Source: an uncultured Anaeroplasmataceae bacterium (GTDB lineage Bacteria; Bacillota_I; Bacilli_A; Acholeplasmatales; Anaeroplasmataceae). From it: a DNA stretch of 64,000 bases. The notes beneath the pieces were generated by a model. The model was not told the origin of the DNA. It made no database searches and saw only the letters and a program-made list of their open reading frames with translations. The translations under genes and the position numbers were made by a program. Positions 20,246-30,017 of this stretch are shown one piece after another; the stretch's first letter is position 1, and each line of letters starts with the position of its first letter. Location: positions 57,376-121,375 of the forward strand of contig CAJTTN010000006.1 in NCBI GenBank assembly GCA_910579215.1, given 5' to 3'.

Positions 20246-21334
20246 ATGGAAACTTGCTATGTTTATCGAAAAGAACTTTCTCATGAGGAATTGTTGCACA
20301 TTTATGAAACCAAGCTTCATGAAAATCCTAAATTTTCATATGAATTTGAGGCAAATCATATATCTATTGCACAAGGATTCTGGGTATATCCCATATTTGA
20401 TGCAAGTATTAAAAATTTACAATATCTAACCTTGAGAAATGGGAAACAGCAATCGGGAGTAATTGATATAAATTGTAATATGGTTTCGAGAGACTTTTTA
20501 ATTAGAGAATTATCAACAAAACAATTTACAATGGAAGAACATGCTATTCAAGAGTATGTTATTTTTAACCTGAAGGATGTTGAGGAGTATGAAAAAGAAT
20601 TTATCAATCGTATTCTTGAAAAGGCTAAAAAATCAATTTGCAAAAGACATAATTTAATTTATACCGATAGAGCTAATGATATGGATATTTCTCCTATTAA
20701 GGATTTTAAAATTTTAGATAAGAAATACATGTTAGAAGAAATCTATTGTATAGATTATTTTGAGAAGGGAAAGAAAAAGCCCTGGAAAAGCTTTTATTCT
20801 ACAATCCATGATGATTTCTATAGTTTAGATTATTGTAAATCAAAGGAATTTGAACTCTATTACAAAACCTTTAAAAGACCTGTTGTCTATATTCCTAAGG
20901 ATTACTATGATCTCTATTATGATTTATCTTTTCAGGTATATTTAGAAACTACAGAGGAACTCAAATATATCAAAACCTCTCAACTACTATCCAAGCTTAG
21001 AAAAAATGTAAAATTTAAAGAATATACAAAATATAAGGATTATTTAAATCAATTAATTTTTTATTATCGTAAAAAGGAGTACTTAAGAGAATTTCAAAAT
21101 CCTTTTACAGACTTTAGAGGTGAAATATTTTATTATTATTTGACTTTAAAATATAATTCGTTAAGTGGATATAAATTAGCTGAATTAGTTTCTAGTCATG
21201 TATTAGAGGATAATTATTTAAAATTATTAGAGATTTCTGCTAGACAGGAAAATACGCTAGCTAAAAAAACTCTTTTTGAATACTATTCAGAGCCGTATAG
21301 CTATAGTGATTATCAATTGAGACGCTATTCTTAG
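20246..21334 (+). CDS. Hypothetical cytoplasmic protein (Tyr/Lys-rich, 362 aa)
   Basis: Long ORF with no recognisable motif. Confidence 0.45.
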   Translation: METCYVYRKELSHEELLHIYETKLHENPKFSYEFEANHISIAQGFWVYPIFDASIKNLQYLTLRNGKQQSGVIDINCNMVSRDFLIRELSTKQFTMEEHAIQEYVIFNLKDVEEYEKEFINRILEKAKKSICKRHNLIYTDRANDMDISPIKDFKILDKKYMLEEIYCIDYFEKGKKKPWKSFYSTIHDDFYSLDYCKSKEFELYYKTFKRPVVYIPKDYYDLYYDLSFQVYLETTEELKYIKTSQLLSKLRKNVKFKEYTKYKDYLNQLIFYYRKKEYLREFQNPFTDFRGEIFYYYLTLKYNSLSGYKLAELVSSHVLEDNYLKLLEISARQENTLAKKTLFEYYSEPYSYSDYQLRRYS

Positions 21335-21362
21335 GTATTGCATATATTAAAATGGTGGTTCT

Positions 21363-21578
21363 ATGAAAATTACATATTTTATTTTTTGTCTAATTTGCTT
21401 ATTTCTTTTTATTTTTATAAATATGTTTCATCCATATTTTGTAATTCAGCGTATGCAAAGAAAAGTTTTACGGAAAGAATATCAATATAAGTGTATAATC
21501 CTTTTACCGAGTTTTATATTATTTTTCATGCTAGAGTGCCTGTTTATTTTTTTACTTATTTTAGAATTTTTTAAATAA
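21363..21578 (+). CDS. Possible small 2-TM membrane protein
   Basis: 71-aa hydrophobic ORF; weak support. Confidence 0.25.
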   Translation: MKITYFIFCLICLFLFIFINMFHPYFVIQRMQRKVLRKEYQYKCIILLPSFILFFMLECLFIFLLILEFFK

Positions 21579-21717
21579 GGTGAAAGAAAAAAAGAAGAAG
21601 GTAGAAAAAATAATTTTTTGTAATACGCTTTCTAATAATTTTATTTGAAATAAAAGCATAATAATGATATAATGAAGTGTAAAAAAAATAGCTTTATTTT
21701 TGGAGGAATAATTAAAT

Positions 21718-22908
21718 ATGGCTAAAAAAATTGTATCAGATTTAAATGTAAAAGGAAAAAAAGTTTTAATTCGTGTGGATTTTAATGTTCCAATGAAGGA
21801 TGGAGTAATCACAGATGACACACGTATCCGTGCAGCTTTACCAACGATTGAATATGTAGTAAATCATGGCGGTAAGGCAATTGTTTTCTCTCATTTGGGA
21901 CGCGTTAAAGAAGAAACTGATTTAGCAAAAAATGATTTGACCGTAGTAGCAAAAAGATTAGAAAGCTTATTAAACAAGCCTGTGAATTTTGTAAATGCGA
22001 CTCGTGGAAAAGCCTTAGAGGATGCAGCTTCTAAGCTTGGTGAGGGTGAAATATTAATGTTCCAAAACACCAGATATGAGGATTTAGATGGCAAGAAGGA
22101 ATCTAAAAATGACCCTGAGCTAGGGAAATATTGGGCTTCTTTAGGTGATGTATTTGTTAATGATGCGTTTGGTACTGCTCATCGTGCTGCTGCATCAAAT
22201 GTTGGTATTGCAGCAAATGTAAGTGAGACTGCAGCCGGCTTCCTTCTTGAAAAGGAAATTAAATATATTGGCGGTGCTGTTGATGAACCTGTTCGTCCTT
22301 ACATTGCTATTTTGGGTGGTGCAAAGGTTTCTGATAAGATTGGTGTTATTGAAGCACTTTGTGAGAAAGCCGATAAGATTTTAATAGGTGGTGCTATGAT
22401 GTTCACCTTCTTAAAGGCTTTAGGAAAAAATATTGGTGCCTCTAAATGTGAAGAGGATAAGCTTGATCTAGCTAAGGAGCTTTTAGCAAAGGCTGGATCT
22501 AAATTGGTATTGCCAGTAGATACTGTATGTGCTAAGGAATTTGCAGATGTACCTGGAACTGTGAAGTCTGTTGATGCGTTAGCTGCAGATGACATGGGCT
22601 TAGATATCGGACCTAAAACATTAGAGCTATTTGCTTCTGTATTAGCTGGTGCTAAAACGGTAGTATGGAATGGACCAATGGGCGTATTTGAAATGAAGAA
22701 TTATGCTGCAGGAACCATAGGAGTTTGTGAATTACTTGCGAATCTTGAGGGTGCTAATACAATCATTGGTGGTGGAGATTCTGCTGCAGCAGCTGAAAGT
22801 CTAGGCTATGCAGATAAGATGTCACATATATCAACTGGTGGTGGTGCTTCTTTAGAATATTTAGAGGGAAAGGTATTACCAGGAATTGCTTGTGTTGATG
22901 AATTATAA
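21718..22908 (+). CDS. pgk: Phosphoglycerate kinase
   Basis: Full-length PGK motifs ([15 protein letters not shown]); 396 aa. Confidence 0.9.
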   Translation: MAKKIVSDLNVKGKKVLIRVDFNVPMKDGVITDDTRIRAALPTIEYVVNHGGKAIVFSHLGRVKEETDLAKNDLTVVAKRLESLLNKPVNFVNATRGKALEDAASKLGEGEILMFQNTRYEDLDGKKESKNDPELGKYWASLGDVFVNDAFGTAHRAAASNVGIAANVSETAAGFLLEKEIKYIGGAVDEPVRPYIAILGGAKVSDKIGVIEALCEKADKILIGGAMMFTFLKALGKNIGASKCEEDKLDLAKELLAKAGSKLVLPVDTVCAKEFADVPGTVKSVDALAADDMGLDIGPKTLELFASVLAGAKTVVWNGPMGVFEMKNYAAGTIGVCELLANLEGANTIIGGGDSAAAAESLGYADKMSHISTGGGASLEYLEGKVLPGIACVDEL

Positions 22909-22929
22909 AAAATAAGGAGAAATGGAAAA

Positions 22930-23178
22930 ATGCAAAAACAAATTGTAGTAAAAAGCACGGTAGGTTTACATGCGAGCTTGGCTGCGAAGGTGGTTCAGGC
23001 AGCATCTAAATATTCTGTAGATATTAATTTACATTATCATAATAAGGTAATAGATGTAAAATCAATATTGGGATTGATGTCTTTGGCTATACCTAGAGGA
23101 GAAAATGTTGTAATTGAGGCTACAGGGGATCAGGCTGAGGCTGCAATTCATGATATTGCATCTATCCTTGAAAAATAA
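22930..23178 (+). CDS. ptsH: Phosphocarrier protein HPr
   Basis: 82 aa; His14 in GLHASLA (His15 equivalent); Ser in VKSILGLMSL (Ser46 region). Confidence 0.65.
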   Translation: MQKQIVVKSTVGLHASLAAKVVQAASKYSVDINLHYHNKVIDVKSILGLMSLAIPRGENVVIEATGDQAEAAIHDIASILEK

Positions 23179-23199
23179 TAGATTTAGAGGAAATAAGTT

Positions 23200-23955
23200 A
23201 TGAGAAAACCCGTAATGGCTGGAAATTGGAAGATGAATAAAACGCGTGACGAGGCTTTAGAATTCATTTATGCCGTAAGTGATAAGTTGCCAAGTCAGAA
23301 GCAATTAGATTCTATCATATGTGCTCCAGCAGTCATTTTAAGAGATTTAGTTAAAAGAAAGGGAGATTCATTAAAAATAGGCGCTCAAAATGTTCATTTT
23401 GCAGAAAGTGGTGCCTATACTGGTGAAATTTCACCTGCTATGCTTACAACTACAGGTGTAGAATATGTAATTATAGGACATAGTGAAAGAAGGGCCTATT
23501 TCAATGAAACAGATGAAACTGTAAATTTGAAAATAAAGGCAGCTTTAGCTAATGATTTAAAGCCTATTGTTTGTTGTGGAGAATCCTTAGAGGAAAGAGA
23601 AAGTGGTCAAACACATGAGGTGTTGAAAAGACAAATCTCTAAAGCCTTAGAAGAAATTTCTAGCGAAAGCTTAAGTAATGTTATCATTGCTTATGAGCCA
23701 ATTTGGGCGATTGGAACAGGAAAGGTTGCATCTGATGAAATGGCTGATGAAGCTTGTGGCTATATTCGTTCCTTGATTGCTTCCTTATATTGTGCAGCAT
23801 GTGCAGAAGAAATACGTATCCTTTATGGAGGGTCTGTATCTACAAAAACAGTAAGTGGTCTTATGGCACAGCCAAATATTGATGGTGGCTTGGTTGGTGG
23901 AGCTTCTCTTAAGGCAGATAGCTTTATAGAGCTTTGTGCAAAAGCAGCTGAATAA
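23200..23955 (+). CDS. tpiA: Triosephosphate isomerase
   Basis: AGNWKMN, IIGHSERR, AYEPIWAIGTG. Confidence 0.9.
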   Translation: MRKPVMAGNWKMNKTRDEALEFIYAVSDKLPSQKQLDSIICAPAVILRDLVKRKGDSLKIGAQNVHFAESGAYTGEISPAMLTTTGVEYVIIGHSERRAYFNETDETVNLKIKAALANDLKPIVCCGESLEERESGQTHEVLKRQISKALEEISSESLSNVIIAYEPIWAIGTGKVASDEMADEACGYIRSLIASLYCAACAEEIRILYGGSVSTKTVSGLMAQPNIDGGLVGGASLKADSFIELCAKAAE

Positions 23956-23963
23956 AAATATAA

Positions 23964-23998
23964 GTCTAGTGTAGAAATGCACTAGATTTTTTTTATTG
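23964..23998 (+). terminator. Rho-independent terminator after tpiA
   Basis: ctagtg-loop-cactag hairpin plus T8. Confidence 0.55.
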
Positions 23999-24049
23999 AT
24001 TTTACTTAGAAATTTGCTATAATAAAAATAAGAAAGTAGGGAAATAATT

Positions 24050-26374
24050 ATGAAAAAAATAGGCATCCTTTGGATGATTTTTATGGGATTATTTTTTGTT
24101 GGCTGTACACAAAAAGGCTTTACTGTTCAATTTGAGACGAATGGTCATGGCACCTTAGTTCAACCTTTAGAGGAAGTAGTAGAGTTACCTGCTGATTTGC
24201 CTACATTAACCGAGGAAGGCTGGAATTTTGAAGGCTGGTTTTGGGATAATAATACCTTCCAAAATTCTGCTAAGCCAAATCAAAGGATAAATGCAAATAC
24301 AATAGTATATGCAAAGTGGGTAGAGGATATAAAAACCTATACGGTTACTTATGTTACGAATGGTCATGGAATAGCACCTACGATCTTAAGTGAAGTAACA
24401 GCATTGCCAGATCAATTACCAGTATTAGAAGAAACTGGTTGGAGCTTCGGTGGTTGGTTTATGGATAATGGTTCCTTTCAAAAGGAAGCTTCAGCTAATC
24501 AAATACTATCTCAGGATATAACTTTGTATGCCAAATGGACGCAAAGGACTTATACTATAAGTTTTGTAAATAATGGACATGGAGAAAATTTAGAAAGCTT
24601 AAAGGATGTAACTGCTGTTCCAGAGGAATTACCCGTTTTAACGGAAGAGGGTTGGAGCTTTGAGGGTTGGTATTTAGATAATGAATCTTTTCTTAAGCCT
24701 GTAGAATTACAACAAAAGCTAACTGGGGATTTAAAGCTATATGCCAAATGGAGCTGGGTAGATCCAGACTCTACGTTAGAGGGATATGATTCTATTAAAA
24801 TTTTAGATGCAAAAATAAAGAAAAATCTTTCTGTGGATGGGTATGCTCAATTTGGAATTGAGGATTTTAAGCAATATTTAAATACAGATGCTTATAGAGT
24901 AGTGTCTACACCATTAGAGTTTTTACAAGCTCTTTCTGATGCTAAATATGATTATACAAATACATGGGATGAGGAAACAAAGACAGTTACTCAAAGCTTA
25001 AATAAAGCAGGAAGTGTTCATGTAATTGAAATAGCGAATGATTTGAATCTGGGCTATTTTAAATTAGGAGCTTCAGAAAAGGCAACAAATCTAGTTACCG
25101 ACTTTGCGAGCAATATGAATAAATTGAGTTCCTCACTTTGTATGTCAGACATGCTAAAGGAGAATGGAATTTCTCAAATAAAGATTGAAAATACATCAAA
25201 TCTTTTAATTTATTCTAAACATGGTGCTAAATTAACGCATTGTGGCTTTAAACTAACAAGTGATACAAATGTAATCTTTAGAAATTTAGAATTTGATGAG
25301 CTATGGCAGTGGGAGGATGCATTTGTGAATACTGCATCCAAAATTGGAGATTATGATTGGTTTGGTTGGGCATATTTTAAAATTTCCTTTTGTGGATTTA
25401 TTTGGATTGATCATTGTACCTTTGGAAAATCCTATGATGGTCAGATTGATTATGCCAATCCCGTATATAATGCAAATGCAGGAACTGCATTTCGTGCACC
25501 ATATGGAGGGAATGGAGAAAATGGTCTTCATATTTCATGGTGTAAGTTCAATGCAGGAAGTGATGATTCTTCTGGTTATCTTTACAAGATGATGGAGCAA
25601 ATAGAAAAAGAGTATCAGGAGGGAAAAAAGAATTATTTGTATTATAATGCTTTAAGGGATGCGAATATCAGCTTTGAGGACATTTTATATGGGTTAGCAA
25701 TTCCTCAGAAAAAAGGATTCCTTTGTGGGGATGATGCTAAGTTCTCTGGCTCCTATGAAACGGCTGATGATTATAATTTTAATTTGAGACTTAAAGTTTC
25801 CTTTGCGAACTGTATTTTTAAAAATTTAGAGGATCGACTTCCTAAGCTTAGAGGAGGAAACGCCTATCTTTATAATTGCTTAGTTGATAGCTCAGAATAT
25901 TATGGATATAGAACTAAGCTATTAAATGCTAATGCTAGAGGCATTGTAACAAGGGTAAATAGTGGTTGGAAATGTGCTCTTGTTAGTCAGGGTATTGTCT
26001 GTGGAAATGGTGGAAGTGTACAAGCAGAAAATACAATTTTCCGTGGTATTGATACCTTAATTAAGCACAATGATACGAAGAATGTTTCACCCTATGTGGA
26101 TGGTGGCTTTAGAATAAAGAATTGTAGTTATCAAAGAACAAATAATTCTATTGTATATGTTGGTTCATCAGATGATCCAGGTACAGCTTTTATTTCAAGT
26201 ATTCCTTCAAAATTAAACACAGCCAATTTTTCTTGGAAAACAGAGGATGAGTTGCCTCCATATGAGGTTCAATGCTTTGAATTAAATGAATTAGAAGCAA
26301 TTTTAAATCATTCTATCTATGGTTGTGGAACAACAATAGCATTACAACAGATGCTTTTAAAAAAACAATATTAA
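24050..26374 (+). CDS. Lipoprotein with three Listeria-Bacteroides (Flg_new/InlB B-type) repeats and a C-terminal pectate-lyase-like right-handed beta-helix domain
   Basis: Lipobox LFFVGC; three ~72-aa repeats (TNGHG...EEGWSFEGW...LYAKW); WIDHCTF motif of PL1 pectate lyases. Confidence 0.6.
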   Translation: MKKIGILWMIFMGLFFVGCTQKGFTVQFETNGHGTLVQPLEEVVELPADLPTLTEEGWNFEGWFWDNNTFQNSAKPNQRINANTIVYAKWVEDIKTYTVTYVTNGHGIAPTILSEVTALPDQLPVLEETGWSFGGWFMDNGSFQKEASANQILSQDITLYAKWTQRTYTISFVNNGHGENLESLKDVTAVPEELPVLTEEGWSFEGWYLDNESFLKPVELQQKLTGDLKLYAKWSWVDPDSTLEGYDSIKILDAKIKKNLSVDGYAQFGIEDFKQYLNTDAYRVVSTPLEFLQALSDAKYDYTNTWDEETKTVTQSLNKAGSVHVIEIANDLNLGYFKLGASEKATNLVTDFASNMNKLSSSLCMSDMLKENGISQIKIENTSNLLIYSKHGAKLTHCGFKLTSDTNVIFRNLEFDELWQWEDAFVNTASKIGDYDWFGWAYFKISFCGFIWIDHCTFGKSYDGQIDYANPVYNANAGTAFRAPYGGNGENGLHISWCKFNAGSDDSSGYLYKMMEQIEKEYQEGKKNYLYYNALRDANISFEDILYGLAIPQKKGFLCGDDAKFSGSYETADDYNFNLRLKVSFANCIFKNLEDRLPKLRGGNAYLYNCLVDSSEYYGYRTKLLNANARGIVTRVNSGWKCALVSQGIVCGNGGSVQAENTIFRGIDTLIKHNDTKNVSPYVDGGFRIKNCSYQRTNNSIVYVGSSDDPGTAFISSIPSKLNTANFSWKTEDELPPYEVQCFELNELEAILNHSIYGCGTTIALQQMLLKKQY
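24117..24751 (+). repeat. Three tandem intragenic ~215-bp repeats encoding Flg_new-type domains
   Basis: aatggtcatgg recurs at ~24141, 24361 and 24574; protein repeats align residue by residue. Confidence 0.7.
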
Positions 26375-26380
26375 AATAGA

Positions 26381-26428
26381 AGCAAATCTTTTACTTGTAT
26401 TGTAGAGGATTTGCTTTTTCTTTTTTTT
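26381..26428 (+). terminator. Rho-independent terminator after the lipoprotein gene
   Basis: agcaaatc ... gatttgct stem plus a long T-run. Confidence 0.5.
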
Positions 26429-26452
26429 AAAATAACAAAATAAAATTTAAAT

Positions 26453-26471
26453 GAAACATAAATAATGTTAC
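26453..26471. promoter_or_regulatory. 7-5-7 palindrome gaaacat-aaata-atgttac upstream of the Y-family polymerase gene; possible SOS/LexA-type operator
   Basis: Imperfect inverted repeat (6/7) ~40 nt upstream of the ATG at 26508. Confidence 0.25.
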
Positions 26472-26507
26472 ATTTTTGGTTAGAATATAAGTGAAGGAGC
26501 TGGAATT

Positions 26508-27737
26508 ATGTATTTGTGTATTGATATGAAATGCTTTTTTGCCTCAGTAGAATGTGCAGAGCGTGGCTTAAATCCTATGAATACTCCTTTACTTGTAGCG
26601 GACCCAGTAAGAGGCAAAGGAGCGCTATGTTTGGCAGTTAGTCCTTATTTAAAACAATTGGGAGTGAAAAATCGATGTAGATTATATGATATTCCGAATC
26701 ATATTCCTTACATAACAGCTAAACCTCGCATGAAAAAATATATTGAATATGCGGTGCTTATTCATCGAATATTTTTAAGATTTGTGGAGGCTTCTGATAT
26801 TCATACCTATAGTATAGATGAGGCTTTTATTGATGTTTCAGACTATTTGCATTTATATAATGGCGTTTCTGATATAGCTTTTCGTATAATGCGGAGTATT
26901 AAAGAAGAATTAGGCATTACATCGACCTGTGGGGCAGGAGAAAATTTGTTTTTAGCAAAAATTTCCTTAGATTTATTGTCTAAAAATAAATATCCTTATT
27001 TTCATTTTCTTTCCTTAGAAGAATTTTATAATAAAGTATGGTATCATAAAAATTTGAAAGATATCTGGCAAATAGGAAATGGAATTCAAAAAAGATTACA
27101 TCGGATGGGTATATATACCTTACATGATTTGGCAATGACAGATGTGGAAATACTAAAGAAAGAGTTTGGTGTTATAGGGTTAGATTTATATGAGCATTCT
27201 TGGGGAAAGGATGCTACTACAATAGCCGATATTAAGGGCTATGAGCCTCTTTCTAAGAGCTTTTCAAGAAATCAAATTTTAATGAGAGACTATACAAAAA
27301 AGGAAGCTTGGACACCATTAATTGAAATGCTATTTGTTTTATCTATTGAACTTATTGCTAAAAAAATAAAAGCTAGGCATCTTTCAATTTATATAGGGTA
27401 TAGTCATAATCAAGAATCCTATCATAAGAGCACTACACTTTATTTTTATACGGATGACTATTATTTTTTAAAAGAAGAGTTAAAAAAATTATATGAGCCC
27501 GTACCTAAAGGCGAAATAAGAAGAATTGGGATTTCTTTTTCAGATTTTATACAAAAGGGCAAAGAGCAGAATACTTTATTCTTTGAGAATAATGTAAAGC
27601 ATGAGCGATTAGAAAAAACAATACAAGAGATATGGCAGAAGCATGGAAAAAATCAGCTAGTTTTAGGAACATCCTTGTGTGAAGAATCAACCTTATTCGA
27701 AAGAAATAAACAAATAGGAGGACATAACAGTGAATGA
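26508..27737 (+). CDS. Y-family DNA polymerase (UmuC/DinB-like, UvrX/YqjW type)
   Basis: N-terminus MYLCIDMKCFFASVE (IDMDAFFASVE-like); 409 aa. Confidence 0.75.
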   Translation: MYLCIDMKCFFASVECAERGLNPMNTPLLVADPVRGKGALCLAVSPYLKQLGVKNRCRLYDIPNHIPYITAKPRMKKYIEYAVLIHRIFLRFVEASDIHTYSIDEAFIDVSDYLHLYNGVSDIAFRIMRSIKEELGITSTCGAGENLFLAKISLDLLSKNKYPYFHFLSLEEFYNKVWYHKNLKDIWQIGNGIQKRLHRMGIYTLHDLAMTDVEILKKEFGVIGLDLYEHSWGKDATTIADIKGYEPLSKSFSRNQILMRDYTKKEAWTPLIEMLFVLSIELIAKKIKARHLSIYIGYSHNQESYHKSTTLYFYTDDYYFLKEELKKLYEPVPKGEIRRIGISFSDFIQKGKEQNTLFFENNVKHERLEKTIQEIWQKHGKNQLVLGTSLCEESTLFERNKQIGGHNSE

Positions 27738-28056
27738 TCGAGAAAGAAGAGCAGCAAAATATTTACCTTTTGATTCGTTAAAAGGACTAAAGGAAGCAAT
27801 AGATTTGGAGGACCATAAGTCCAATGGTAAGCTTAAGCTACCTACTATTACAGAAGAGGAAAAGCTTCAAATGAATCTTATTCTTTTTGAATGCTTCAGT
27901 AAAAATAGAGCGATACGGTTATTTTATTTGGAAGAAGGAGAGCTTTTAGAATATAGTGGAGTTATCAAAAATATAGATGTTTTAAATAAGCAAATTACAC
28001 TATTACCAAAAAAGAAATTTTCTATCGATTCTATCTATCGGTTAACCATAAAGTAA
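27730..28056 (+). CDS. YolD-like protein (UmuD-analog partner of Firmicutes Y-family polymerases)
   Basis: 108 aa; overlaps the polymerase stop; same arrangement as uvrX–yolD / yqjW–yqzH. Confidence 0.55.
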   Translation: MNDRERRAAKYLPFDSLKGLKEAIDLEDHKSNGKLKLPTITEEEKLQMNLILFECFSKNRAIRLFYLEEGELLEYSGVIKNIDVLNKQITLLPKKKFSIDSIYRLTIK

Positions 28057-28132
28057 GGACTCAAAAGAGTCCTTTTCTCTTGTAACTTTTTCAAAAAAAT
28101 GGTATGATAATGAACGATAGGAGCTGAGGGAT

Positions 28133-30016
28133 TTGTATGATGTTGTTGTTGTAGGTGGTGGTCATGCAGGCTGTGAAGCATGTTTGGCGACAAGCCAAAT
28201 GGGCTTTAAGACCCTACTAGTTACAGGTAATCTTAATATGTTGGGTTCCATGCCCTGCAATCCATCTATTGGTGGACCAGCAAAAGGAGTTGTGGTTCGT
28301 GAAATAGATGCACTTGGTGGATATATGGGGAAAAATGCAGATTTATGCCAAATCCAAACCAAAATGTTAAACAGCTCCAAAGGTCCTGCTGTGCGAGCAT
28401 TACGATTTCAAGAGGATAAGCTTTTGTATATGGAAATGATGAAAAAGCATTTAGAAGAACAAAAGCATTTGGAACTATTAGAAGGTATAGTAGAGGATAT
28501 CATTGTTGAAAATGATCAAGTTCAGGGTGTGGTTTTGGAAACAGGGAAAATAATACTTGCTAAAACTGTGATTTTAACTACAGGAACCTATTTAGATAGT
28601 CGCATTTTGCGTGGACATTGGACTTCTAAGGAAGGACCAGATGGGCAAAAGACCTCTAAAGGAATTTCTAATGCCTTACGTCGATTGGGATTTGAAATTC
28701 AAAGACTTAAAACAGGGACTCCACCACGTATTCAAGCCTCTTCTATTGATTTTTCAAAGGTCAAATTAGAACCGGGGGATGATAAGGTTTGGCAATTTAG
28801 TTTTGATAAGGGTTATCATTCTTTATTAAATACGAAAATCCCATGCTATTTAACCTATACTACTAAGGAAATTCATGACCTGATCATGAACAATTTGGAT
28901 CAATCAGCCATGTATGGAGGCATAGTAGAGGGAGTAGGTCCTAGATATTGTCCCTCCATAGAGGATAAGGTTGTTAAATTCAGTGATAAGGAAAGGCATC
29001 AAATCTTTTTTGAACCAGAATCTTTACAATTAGATCAAGAATATATACAAGGATTTTCAACTTCTATGCCTATAGAGATTCAAGATCAAATGATTCGCTT
29101 GCTTCCAGGCTTAGAAAACTGTAAGGTCATACGATATGCTTATGCAATAGAATATGATGCAATTAATCCTTTAGAAATCCATCCTAGCTTAGAAACAAAA
29201 CGAGTTCAGAATCTTTTTACTGCTGGACAAATCAATGGCACTTCTGGCTATGAGGAGGCTGCTGGTCAAGGGATAGTAGCGGGAATTAATGCAGGTAAAA
29301 AATTAAAAAATGAGGCTCCACTTATTTTGAAACGTGATGAAGCTTATATAGGTGTTATGATTGATGATTTGGTAACTAAGGGAACGAAGGAGCCTTATCG
29401 TTTGCTTACCTCTAGAGCAGAATATCGCTTATTATTGCGTCACGATAATGCGGATTTAAGATTAAGAGAATATGGATATGAGGCTGGTTTGATTAAAGAG
29501 GAAGACTTTCAGCTTCTTAAAAAAAAGAAGGCTTGTATTCTAAAGCTATGTCAAGAATTTAAAGTATTAAAAGTAAAACCTGTGGCTTATGTAAATGATA
29601 TTTTAAAAAGTGCTAATTCTGCACCTATTTCTGAAGGTGTTTCTCTTTATTCTTTATTAAAGCGTCCTGAAATATCCTATAAAATTATAGGAGAGCTTTA
29701 TCCGGAAATTCAGGTGGATTATCCTTATCCAGAGGAGGTCCTAGAGCAAGTGGAAATAGAAATTAAATATGAGGGGTATATCTCTAAATCCTTACTTCAA
29801 GCTCAAAGAATGCATAATTATGAAAGAAAAATAATTCCTGAAGATATTGATTATGATCTTGTAGATAATATCGCGATAGAAGCAAAAGAAAAGCTTAAAA
29901 AAATAAGACCCGTAACCATTGGACAGGCATCGCGAATAAGCGGTGTAAATCCTGCGGATATTTCTGTTTTGGTTGTTTATATAGAGCATTGGAAAAATCA
30001 AAGAGAGGCAAAATAG
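28133..30016 (+). CDS. mnmG: tRNA uridine 5-carboxymethylaminomethyl modification enzyme MnmG (GidA)
   Basis: FAD motif YDVVVVGGGHAGCEA; 627 aa; TTG start with RBS gagctgaggg. Confidence 0.9.
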   Translation: MYDVVVVGGGHAGCEACLATSQMGFKTLLVTGNLNMLGSMPCNPSIGGPAKGVVVREIDALGGYMGKNADLCQIQTKMLNSSKGPAVRALRFQEDKLLYMEMMKKHLEEQKHLELLEGIVEDIIVENDQVQGVVLETGKIILAKTVILTTGTYLDSRILRGHWTSKEGPDGQKTSKGISNALRRLGFEIQRLKTGTPPRIQASSIDFSKVKLEPGDDKVWQFSFDKGYHSLLNTKIPCYLTYTTKEIHDLIMNNLDQSAMYGGIVEGVGPRYCPSIEDKVVKFSDKERHQIFFEPESLQLDQEYIQGFSTSMPIEIQDQMIRLLPGLENCKVIRYAYAIEYDAINPLEIHPSLETKRVQNLFTAGQINGTSGYEEAAGQGIVAGINAGKKLKNEAPLILKRDEAYIGVMIDDLVTKGTKEPYRLLTSRAEYRLLLRHDNADLRLREYGYEAGLIKEEDFQLLKKKKACILKLCQEFKVLKVKPVAYVNDILKSANSAPISEGVSLYSLLKRPEISYKIIGELYPEIQVDYPYPEEVLEQVEIEIKYEGYISKSLLQAQRMHNYERKIIPEDIDYDLVDNIAIEAKEKLKKIRPVTIGQASRISGVNPADISVLVVYIEHWKNQREAK

Positions 30017-30017
30017 T

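Noticed and set aside
20238-20429. 63-aa ORF overlapping the start of the 20246 gene
   Set aside because: It is an alternative-frame overlap of a much longer ORF with a better start context.
21579-21717. A/G-rich stretch (aaagaaaaaaagaagaagg) upstream of pgk as a possible ncRNA or riboswitch
   Set aside because: It is low-complexity purine-rich spacer without conserved structure. A plausible ttgaaa-17-tataat promoter explains the region.
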